IMG/VR virus record: IMGVR_UViG_3300042331_000043
Location: 1-24,317 of that record
Length of the DNA: 24,317 bases
From: a virus
Lineage: Duplodnaviria > Caudoviricetes
Reading direction: 5' to 3' (one strand)
The notes beneath the pieces are model-generated. The model made no database searches. It had not been told where the DNA came from and worked only from the letters and a program-made list of their open reading frames with translations. Positions 1 through 6,973 of this stretch are shown piece after piece; position 1 is the first letter of the stretch; every line of letters begins with the position of its first letter. The translations under genes were made by a program, and so were the position numbers.

Positions 1-1
1 T

Positions 2-356
2 CGGCTTATCATAGTCAATAGGCGGGCCCGGGACGGCGTTAGGGCGGCTTAGGGCTATAACCCCGGGAAGGGCGCGGGCGGCTTAAAGGGTGCGCCGCGA
101 GCGTGCCCTAGGTCGGCTTAGGGTGTGCTTAGGCTATAACCCCGGGATGGTGTGAGGGCGGCTGATGGTGTGGGCATCGCAAACCGCGCAACTAGGGATT
201 AAAAATTCAAGGTCGAAAAAGTCGGTTGTGGTCGCGCTCGGGGCCGATAGGAGGGCGGGCAATCTCCGCCGCGACGCCGACGACAAGCGAAAAAGCGCGG
301 ACGCGTAGGGCGATAGATTCCTAGTCTGTAGGCTGAGACGACGAGTCAACGGCTTA
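2..356. repeat. Short-repeat array: CGGCTTA x5 and a 16-bp direct repeat GGCTATAACCCCGGGA x2
   Basis: CGGCTTA at 2-8, 45-51, 79-85, 114-120 and 350-356. GGCTATAACCCCGGGA at 53-68 and 132-147. GC-rich region with no credible ORF. Confidence 0.85.
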
Positions 357-420
357 GGCGGTCGGTGTGGCGCGAGCGGTGGCGCGGTCGGTGTCATAGT
401 GGGCCCGGGGCGGCGTCGAT

Positions 421-520
421 CCCGGCTTTTCGCGGTCGGAGCCGGGGGTATGGGGGGATCGCGGAAATCGCCACCGTTATATACCCCTTCGAAATTTTCT
501 ACAAAAATTTAGGGACCCCC
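421..520. other. Probable genome terminus / terminal-repeat or packaging-signal region
   Basis: G/C runs plus inverted repeats: CCCGGCT 421-427 / AGCCGGG 440-446, GGGGTAT 445-451 / ATACCCC 481-487, AAATTTT 492-498 / AAAATTT 504-510. Abrupt compositional shift, located downstream of TerL where T7-like genomes end. Confidence 0.5.
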
Positions 521-531
521 TTACAAAGCTA

Positions 532-564
532 CTGACCTACTAGGGGTCGAACCTAATAGGCCAG
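532..564 (-). other. 13-bp RNA hairpin with a tRNA T-loop-like loop
   Basis: Minus strand CTGGCCTATTAGG-TTCGACC-CCTAGTAGGTCAG. It pairs fully on the minus strand using two G-U pairs. Confidence 0.55.
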
Positions 565-626
565 CGGAGGAACACACACACATAGGAAGAGGGCAACCGA
601 AAGCCTTCTTCGTATATCCCGTCTTA

Positions 627-917
627 TTATGAGGGGTAATTGATCCCGGTCCTGTCTGAAGAGCCCCCTGAGGACCCCCCAAAGCTATCCGGGGAAATAA
701 CCAAGCTGGCCCTATTCCTGACAGAGCGACCACGAGGGGCACGCCTCGGGGAACTAGGAGCTGGCTGAGAAACCTTGCCCTGCTCTTGCACAGGGGCGGC
801 AGAGGGAGCGGAAGGGGCCAAAGCCAAAGCCTGTTTAGCGGCCATGTCTTCCTTAGCTTTTGCCTCAGCTTTCATCCTGACAGGCATCAGCCCTGAACCT
901 ACAAAGGAGCTACACAT
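627..917 (-). CDS. Small virion/ejection protein, T7 gp6.7/gp7.3-like (96 aa)
   Basis: Starts Met-Cys as T7 gp6.7 does. A/P/S-rich disordered middle, and basic RGRSVRNRASLVI...GG...GINYPS tail resembling the gp7.3 C-terminus (GKKSLSV...GGGINI). Confidence 0.6.
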   Translation of the reverse strand: MCSSFVGSGLMPVRMKAEAKAKEDMAAKQALALAPSAPSAAPVQEQGKVSQPAPSSPRRAPRGRSVRNRASLVISPDSFGGSSGGSSDRTGINYPS

Positions 918-1146
918 ATCAAAGGTGGATAGATAATGGTGGATAATAAGTCAATCAACTTCTGACTTACCAAAGGTCAACCAAAAGCCTACCTTGTACC
1001 AAGGATTGTTTTGCGGGGCTTTGCTTTATCTACAGCCTACCAATTTCACCATCCACCAAGTGATATGCCTTTGACCCTCCTTCGGCTGTCGCCTCAGTCG
1101 GGTTCCATCCGAACTGTCTCAATGTTGTCTAATTTTAACTCCTGTA

Positions 1147-1173
1147 CCTTTAAGATATGTATTATCTTATAGG
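1147..1173. repeat. AT-rich near-perfect palindrome (operator- or cruciform-like)
   Basis: CCTTTAAGATA-tgtat-TATCTTATAGG: 11-bp arms with one mismatch. Confidence 0.7.
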
Positions 1174-1233
1174 GGTTCTAAGCAACCAGTTCCCATAAAG
1201 CGAACTGTAACTTAGGTAAAAGCTGAAGGATTG

Positions 1234-1263
1234 ATTTTACCAATTTGGAGTCGTTTTTGTCGA
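1234..1263 (-). promoter_or_regulatory. Putative sigma70-type promoter with extended -10
   Basis: Minus strand TCGACA (1263-1258), 18-nt spacer ending in TGG, then TAAAAT (1239-1234), in an AT-rich intergenic region. Confidence 0.45.
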
Positions 1264-1318
1264 GCTTTTTCTTTCAGACTTGCTCTAACTCAATCCCAAT
1301 CAATCAAATAATTTTTCT

Positions 1319-2326
1319 TTAAGGCTTTCTCATTGCCACCTGAACAGGAGGCGTCGTAATTGGCTGGGACATAGCAACAAACTCATTGCGTTCGCGGTCG
1401 TACCTATTGATCAGTCCTTTGCCGAACAAATCCCACCAATTACCTGTGACGGTTCGCCCGTTGATCACAACGGAATCTGTTTTATTGCCGTAGACTTGCT
1501 TGTCGTACTGCTCACGAACCATGCGGAGTCTGTCTTGAAATTCGGTCGGGGACATGGAGTTAATTGCGTTAACCGTTTCGTTGGACAGCTTGCCCGATTT
1601 GGTGATAGGGGCCCCGGCAACGGAGTTAAGGATAGCCTGAGCTCCGCCTTCGCCTCTCATGTGAGCGATGGACAAAACGGCCCCCTGTACGCCGGGGTCG
1701 GTAAACTTATCGGCCCCTACGGTTTTAGCCCGTTGCCTGAGAAGGGTGCCCACAAGCTCTCGGGTTTGGGCGGAGTCCACCCCGTACTGCTTGACGGTGG
1801 TTTGGATTTTGCCAAAGGCGGGGTGGTCGGCCCGGAAGCCAAAGTACTCCCGCTTGCCTGATTGCACGGCGGTCTTACCTTCGCTTTTCATCACGCGGTC
1901 GATCACGGTAGAGGCAATGCCCATCTCTCCCTCAACGGCCCGTGGAGTGCCCGGGGGCTTTGGAATGGTCTGGTTGGAGGGCGCCGGGGCTTGGGTAGGG
2001 GCGTTGGTCTGTCTCATGTTGTCCTTCAGGTCCACCCGAACGGTGGCTTGGTTGGTGCCCGAGGGGGCTACGGATAGACGAGGTGAGGGGAGATTGAGAG
2101 AGCTCAAATCAAGCATCAATTCCCCGTTAGTTAAAGTTGGTGCTGAAACAGGCGCATTAGTGGCCTGATTTGAAGCAGAAATGGCGCTAGAAGGGGCGTT
2201 TGTGGGCGACCCGCTGTCCTCACCCTCCGAAACGCCAAAAGCCCCTACAACGGGCTTTAATCGCTTAGGGGGCACAACAAAAGAGTCTCTAGGGGATTGG
2301 AAAAGGGTGTATCTGTTGGTACTCAT
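1319..2326 (-). CDS. Putative peptidoglycan hydrolase: divergent GH108-like lysozyme with PG_binding_3-like C-terminus and ~135-aa low-complexity N-terminal extension
   Basis: VIDRVMKSEG (candidate catalytic E149), a VLSIAHMRGEGGAQAIL helix segment and C-terminal W..FGKGLINR match the GH108/PG_binding_3 pattern (FGKGWxNR). ATGA overlap with the TerL stop. Confidence 0.55.
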   Translation of the reverse strand: MSTNRYTLFQSPRDSFVVPPKRLKPVVGAFGVSEGEDSGSPTNAPSSAISASNQATNAPVSAPTLTNGELMLDLSSLNLPSPRLSVAPSGTNQATVRVDLKDNMRQTNAPTQAPAPSNQTIPKPPGTPRAVEGEMGIASTVIDRVMKSEGKTAVQSGKREYFGFRADHPAFGKIQTTVKQYGVDSAQTRELVGTLLRQRAKTVGADKFTDPGVQGAVLSIAHMRGEGGAQAILNSVAGAPITKSGKLSNETVNAINSMSPTEFQDRLRMVREQYDKQVYGNKTDSVVINGRTVTGNWWDLFGKGLINRYDRERNEFVAMSQPITTPPVQVAMRKP

Positions 2327-3981
2327 GCGGTTATCCAGTTCTTTTTATCTGATTTCCTTCCAATAGCGCTCTCCATGAACTTGTCGAGTTCGATCTGAAG
2401 AAGGTCTTCTTGGTGGTCACGATGGGCTTGTTGGACATCTCTAGCCATAGCTTCGACCCAATAGGCCACGGCTATGGAGAGGGCATCCAGCCTGTCGTCG
2501 TGCGCTAGGGCTCCCTTGTCCCGGGTAAGGCGGGGGAGTTGGTAGAACAGGCGATAGCGCTCGGCTGTTTCACCTAGCTCGTCGGCTACCGACTTAAAGT
2601 CCTTTTCAATTACCCGGGGGTCCACGATCAGCCGATGCTGGTTCATCACGGGCTCGAGGGTGTCGATGATCCGCTTCTCCTTTTGAAGGCTGTGCTTGAC
2701 CTCCTCTATTGTACACGGGTGGATACGTCCGAACACGGGCTTTAGAAGCTCCCCGAACATCCCGTCCCCAAAGTTGGCTTCGTAGACAACGTAGTTGACA
2801 TCATGCTCCTTTGCGGCCCGGGCCAGCGCTTCAAGGGTGGTGTTGTCGTAGCCTGAGCGGAAGCCGCCGATGTCGGTGAGGAACAGTTGCCCGTGGAGGC
2901 ACTTGACGATGGCATAGGCTGTCTCGTCCTTGCCCCGCCCTGAGGGGTCAATAGCCATGACCGTCCCCTGATACTCGGCAAAGCTATCGGAGACTTGCAT
3001 AGGGCCGTGGTAGGCGTCCCCGTCGAAGCCGACGTTGGGGATGTCGTTGAGGCGCTTTGTAGGGTCGTTGCACCACACGACGAACGATGGGCCCCGCTTG
3101 TTGTCCAGCGCCATAACCACAAGGTCGTTGATCTTAAGCGGATAGCGGTCTTGGTCGCTGATCCGGGGGTCCAACATGAACTGAAGGGCAAAACCTGAGC
3201 GCCCATAGGACGCCTCACGGAACATGAGGTCTTCTTCGGTAAAGCGGGTGGGCTCCGTGGAGCTCCCGGCAGTCCCGTTATTCTGAGCCACAAAGGGCGC
3301 AAGGCGTACGCCATAACGTACGCGTTGCTCTTCGCTTGGGATACGCACGGGCCATATCCGTGCCATGTATCCACGGCGCTCGAGCTTTTCGTAAATAGAG
3401 TTTTCGGTCTGCGGCGTTCCAAGAAACACAATGCGGCCTTCGGGCTTGACCACCGCGTCAAACTCCTTGACTGCCTCAGCCAGCTTGATTCGCATAAGCT
3501 CGGTTTGGGAGTTGCCTGAAGTCTCAATATCGTCGGCAATAATCAGGTCGGCGCGGCTTCCCGTGATTTGCCCCGTGATACCCACAGACTTGACCGAGGG
3601 GGCGTGTGAGGCTGGCGCTGGGCCAACGTCAAAGCTCTCCTTGGAATTGCGCTGTTCCTCCCGTGGCTTGAGGTGCTGAAGGATCGGTATTTCGTTGATC
3701 AGGCGTAGCGTGAAGGTGGTGAAGTCGCTAGAGCGGTTCTTGGAGGCCGACACCACTAGCACGTTAAGGGTTGGGTTGAGAAGAAGCCGATGGCACACGA
3801 AGGCTGACGTAATCCAGCTTTTGCCGATGCCTCGGAACGCCTCGATGATCTGACGGTTTGGTCCGTGCTCGAGACGCTCGGCAATGTCGTATTGGATCGG
3901 CGTGGGATCGGGAAGGTTTAGGTGCTTCCAAACAACGTACAGAAAGTTTCTGAAATCCCGTAGCCGGGGGTCTAGTTGCAT
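2323..3981 (-). CDS. terL: Terminase large subunit (T7 gp19-like DNA maturase B)
   Basis: Walker A AFRGIGKS, VKSVGITGQITGSRADLIIADD (Walker B), FLGTPQTE, and nuclease motifs AIDPSGRGKDET and HDDRLDA. Confidence 0.97.
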   Translation of the reverse strand: MQLDPRLRDFRNFLYVVWKHLNLPDPTPIQYDIAERLEHGPNRQIIEAFRGIGKSWITSAFVCHRLLLNPTLNVLVVSASKNRSSDFTTFTLRLINEIPILQHLKPREEQRNSKESFDVGPAPASHAPSVKSVGITGQITGSRADLIIADDIETSGNSQTELMRIKLAEAVKEFDAVVKPEGRIVFLGTPQTENSIYEKLERRGYMARIWPVRIPSEEQRVRYGVRLAPFVAQNNGTAGSSTEPTRFTEEDLMFREASYGRSGFALQFMLDPRISDQDRYPLKINDLVVMALDNKRGPSFVVWCNDPTKRLNDIPNVGFDGDAYHGPMQVSDSFAEYQGTVMAIDPSGRGKDETAYAIVKCLHGQLFLTDIGGFRSGYDNTTLEALARAAKEHDVNYVVYEANFGDGMFGELLKPVFGRIHPCTIEEVKHSLQKEKRIIDTLEPVMNQHRLIVDPRVIEKDFKSVADELGETAERYRLFYQLPRLTRDKGALAHDDRLDALSIAVAYWVEAMARDVQQAHRDHQEDLLQIELDKFMESAIGRKSDKKNWITA

Positions 3982-3992
3982 TAGGTGATATT

Positions 3993-4010
3993 AGCCCCGC
4001 TTATGGGGCT
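3993..4010 (-). promoter_or_regulatory. GC hairpin between HNH stop and terL start
   Basis: AGCCCC-6 nt-GGGGCT, 11 nt upstream of the terL ATG, with no U-tract. Confidence 0.4.
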
Positions 4011-4014
4011 CCCG

Positions 4015-4248
4015 TCAAAATGATTTATCGCCGCGATTAGAACTGATGGAACGAATGCGAAGGTTTGCGTAGCGGTTGTTATGCGGGTTGCCGTCTTTGT
4101 GGTCTACGTCCTTGCCACGGAGCGCCGCCTTACCGTGCTTTTTAATCATCAGCCTACGGGCCCGGTGGCGGGCGGCCTGAGCTTTGAGTTGTTTCGGAGT
4201 GCCCTGATATTCGCGGTACTCCTTGGCGTAATCGCGGGGCTTGCTCAC
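4015..4248 (-). CDS. Small HNH endonuclease-like protein (77 aa)
   Basis: RDYAKEY N-terminus, basic helix and DVDHKDGNPHNNRYANLR...N HNH motif. GTGA overlap with the upstream stop; adjacent to terminase. Confidence 0.85.
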   Translation of the reverse strand: MSKPRDYAKEYREYQGTPKQLKAQAARHRARRLMIKKHGKAALRGKDVDHKDGNPHNNRYANLRIRSISSNRGDKSF

Positions 4249-4760
4249 AGCGTGTTTAGGCCCGTTGCGGCGTTGGAAGCGTTGATCGAAAGGTCAAGCT
4301 GAGGACCGCGACGGCGGCGAAGTCCGGCGAGGCTTTCAGAAATGCTAGAATCCATCGGGTCGTAGCTGTCTGCGCTTGGCGGAGGAAGATCGCGCCCCGG
4401 AAGCTGTCCGAGCTCGGTGGGCTCAATGCGAAGGCTCCGCTTTCCCTGAGCCATGTTGAGGCGCAAAGCGCCACCAGCCGTCTCGCCACGACGGAGCCTA
4501 GCTTGTTGCATTGTTCCGGGGGTGCCGGGAGTTCCGGGAATTGTTTCAACCACACGCTCTTCAAACCCTGTTGGGGAAGACCTAGAAAATCGGTAGCCCA
4601 TTTGATTGGCAATAGCCAACTGGCTTGAAAAGCCGGGAGCAGATACCCGAACTGGACGCCAGTACTCCCTATTGGTGTCGGGAGTACCAGCGGTACCCGG
4701 AGTGCCAGCGCTGTACGTTCTACCCTGAGTCTGCTGAAGGTATCTACGTTCGTAGGCCAT
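4245..4760 (-). CDS. Hypothetical, probably virion-associated protein with gp7.3-like motifs (171 aa)
   Basis: Fills the gap between terS and HNH exactly. GTPGTAGTP and PGTPGTPGT repeats, GKRSLRI, and C-terminal RRRRG..LSI...GLNTL. Confidence 0.7.
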   Translation of the reverse strand: MAYERRYLQQTQGRTYSAGTPGTAGTPDTNREYWRPVRVSAPGFSSQLAIANQMGYRFSRSSPTGFEERVVETIPGTPGTPGTMQQARLRRGETAGGALRLNMAQGKRSLRIEPTELGQLPGRDLPPPSADSYDPMDSSISESLAGLRRRRGPQLDLSINASNAATGLNTL

Positions 4761-4761
4761 A

Positions 4762-5049
4762 TTATTTACTCACCGGGAACGGGAGCGAGGCGGGCTCCTT
4801 TACGGCGAGTCCTTTGACTTCGATGGCTTTGGGTGCGGAGGGCTCGGCAAAAGGTAGAGCCATAGCAAGATTAAAAACAGGAGTACCTTTATCAAGGGCC
4901 GCAGACACATCATTGTCTTTGAGGAATTTGACGGCGACTGATAGGTCAGCGGGTGTAGCTTCACCGCTCTCAATGCGTGATAGAAGCTCTTCAGCAACCG
5001 CATCGTGGAGCTTGGCTAAGGCTTCTTTGGCCTTGTCTGACGCTGACAT
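4762..5049 (-). CDS. terS: Terminase small subunit (T7 gp18-like DNA maturase A)
   Basis: LAKLHDAVAEELLSRIESGEATPADLSVAVKFLKDNDV pattern, and its position after the tail fibre/holin and before terL. Confidence 0.88.
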   Translation of the reverse strand: MSASDKAKEALAKLHDAVAEELLSRIESGEATPADLSVAVKFLKDNDVSAALDKGTPVFNLAMALPFAEPSAPKAIEVKGLAVKEPASLPFPVSK

Positions 5050-5270
5050 TAAGAGCCCCCAAAGAGCTTGTGCTTTAGTCCGTCAATAATTATGTTGAAG
5101 GCAACCGTGACCCCGGTGATAATCCCTAGCGCCTTCATGCTTTGGCCTTCAAGATGGCGCAAGCGATTGTCGTGGGCATCAAACTTCTGACGAAAAGATT
5201 CTTGGTTTCCTAGAACTTGGTCTAGTTTTCCTTCAAGGCGCCCTAAAGAGCGATGCAACTCGTCCGACAT
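5049..5270 (-). CDS. Small coiled-coil plus single-TM membrane protein (holin-like; XhlA-like architecture)
   Basis: LGRLEGKLDQVL...RLRHLE coiled coil followed by hydrophobic ALGIITGVTVAFNIII. Sits at the T7 gp17.5 position, has AAGGA upstream and a TAATG overlap with terS. Confidence 0.6.
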   Translation of the reverse strand: MSDELHRSLGRLEGKLDQVLGNQESFRQKFDAHDNRLRHLEGQSMKALGIITGVTVAFNIIIDGLKHKLFGGS

Positions 5271-5282
5271 AAATCCTTTTTA

Positions 5283-6953
5283 TTATGCGTACTCTTCAAT
5301 GATGATTTGAGGCTGAACGTATTGGTTTGAGACAGCCCCTTCCCAATAATACACATAATGAACTTTAACTCTGTTAGAAGCATTGTAAGACCTAGCCATA
5401 AGAGCGTATGTAATTGGGACAAGCTGAGTGTTGCCTCCGTTAGAATAGACAAATTGAGCGCACATACTTTCATCCGTGGTTTGGGACGACCACTTTTTAT
5501 ATTCATTACCTTGAAATTGCCATTTGTAATTTCCAATAGCTGACCCGCCCACATATCCAACAGAGAAATTAACCGTGAACCGTATAAGACTATTCTGAGC
5601 TAAAGGCGTGTATGACCTTGTGGTCGGTGGCGTGGCTGACGACTGCAACAAAATGTCAACGTAAGTTTCAGTAAGAACGTTATTAGTCAATCCATGAACA
5701 ATGGACAAACTCGGCGTAATTACTGCCATGTTGATTAGGCGTTTTCCCACCCAAGGGACTGCCTGAATAGAGTTTACCCTTCCTTTGTCATCAACGCTGA
5801 TTCTTGGAATTTCGCAAACACTAGCCTGACACGATCCGTAAACGCCGGGAGTAAACAGAAAAGGCGATTCGTTCGCCATAAGCGGAAATCTGTTAGAGCT
5901 AAGGGTACCAGAAGTAATGTTGCTGGCGTTTGTCTGGTCTAAATTCTGGACGTTACCCAAGCCGACCGCTGTCTTGTTGATGTTGGTCACGGTCTTGCCC
6001 GTAAAGTCCAACGTGTTGGCGAGCTTGCCAGCAGTTACAGCTAGGCTGGCAATTTTGTCTTCGGTAATAGAGCCAGCGTCCAACTGAGCGGCGCCAACCG
6101 GGACTTTGAAGCCGAGGCAAGAAACAACAACCACAACCCCGTTAGGAGGAGCGGCGGTAAACGTAACCCGCACCTGACCGCTCACCACGCTTATTGTGTA
6201 GTCGGTGGTGGGGCGCTGTACCACTCCATTCAAAGACACAAGCCAAGCCGAAGCCGTAGTCAGAGAGCCTTCATTTTCTCCCACAAGATTGAAAAAAGTG
6301 GTCGAGCCATCGCCAGTAAACGAGTAAACGTCGGGCGGAGTTGTGCTTCCGAACTTAACGGCGTTGTTGACCTGAGCGTTGACGAAGCTACGGGTAGCGG
6401 CGTCTTGGTTGGAAGCAGGGTCAGCCAGACCAGTTACCCGATTGCCTCCCATCGCCAGATTGCCAGACATTGTGTCGCCAGCTTTGGCAACCTTTAGCGC
6501 ATCGGCGGTATCGACGTAGCTCTTGTTGGTCGCATCGTTCGCGTTTGTGGGCGCGGCTACGTCCGTAATCTTCTTGCCTTGGGCGTAGAAATCAGAGGAA
6601 CCAGCGCCAATCTGAAGGGCCGTATCGTTGAGCTCGGACGTCTCCTGATTGATATAAAGTGTCTGCCTGACGGCTGTGTCCAAATCAGATTCAAGAATTG
6701 TTGAGCCGTTGGCAAAGTCTACCAAAGCCGCATCGCGGTACGTTACGCGACGGATGCGGACTTTGGCCCCGTTAGCTGGCGTGTTACCAGCCGTGAAAAC
6801 AACTCTAAGAGGGCTTGTGGATACCGTGAAATGAGTCCCTTGTGTCTTCTCGACGTTATCTACAAAGACCTTAACGTGGGAGACATCTAGGTACGGAAAG
6901 TCAAAACTATAGTTTTCCCGAGGGGCGGTATAATCTTGGTATGTATTAGGCAT
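5283..6953 (-). CDS. Tail fibre protein (T7 gp17-like N-terminal anchor)
   Basis: N-terminal YSFDFPYL...VKVFVD...VRIRRVT...VDFANGS.....DL motif, DATNKSYVD/DAATRSFV repeats, a GDGSTT...LNGVVQRP..DY domain and a divergent C-terminal domain. SD AAGGA. Confidence 0.92.
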   Translation of the reverse strand: MPNTYQDYTAPRENYSFDFPYLDVSHVKVFVDNVEKTQGTHFTVSTSPLRVVFTAGNTPANGAKVRIRRVTYRDAALVDFANGSTILESDLDTAVRQTLYINQETSELNDTALQIGAGSSDFYAQGKKITDVAAPTNANDATNKSYVDTADALKVAKAGDTMSGNLAMGGNRVTGLADPASNQDAATRSFVNAQVNNAVKFGSTTPPDVYSFTGDGSTTFFNLVGENEGSLTTASAWLVSLNGVVQRPTTDYTISVVSGQVRVTFTAAPPNGVVVVVSCLGFKVPVGAAQLDAGSITEDKIASLAVTAGKLANTLDFTGKTVTNINKTAVGLGNVQNLDQTNASNITSGTLSSNRFPLMANESPFLFTPGVYGSCQASVCEIPRISVDDKGRVNSIQAVPWVGKRLINMAVITPSLSIVHGLTNNVLTETYVDILLQSSATPPTTRSYTPLAQNSLIRFTVNFSVGYVGGSAIGNYKWQFQGNEYKKWSSQTTDESMCAQFVYSNGGNTQLVPITYALMARSYNASNRVKVHYVYYWEGAVSNQYVQPQIIIEEYA

Positions 6954-6973
6954 AATTCTGTAAGTCCTTTACA

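Noticed and set aside
40-150. CRISPR-like appearance of the 16-bp repeat
   Set aside because: Only two copies, too short, spacer itself built from repeats, and no cas genes.
532-620. Bona fide tRNA gene
   Set aside because: Only a T-loop-like hairpin is present; no cloverleaf, D arm or anticodon arm.
134-742. ORFs 134-397 and 521-742
   Set aside because: Low-complexity translations across repeat and hairpin DNA; 521-742 overlaps the better-supported 627-917 gene.
924-947. DnaA-box-like TTATCCACC/CTATCCACC pair
   Set aside because: Both deviate from TTATCCACA, and T7-like phages do not rely on DnaA; kept only as a tandem repeat.
2742-3539. 265-aa alternative-frame ORF inside terL (cf. T7 19.2/19.3)
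   Set aside because: S/T/R/P-rich composition typical of an off-frame read of GC3-rich codons; no SD or motif.
5283-5500. Diversity-generating retroelement target in the tail fibre tip
   Set aside because: No template-repeat copy or reverse transcriptase seen in the window.
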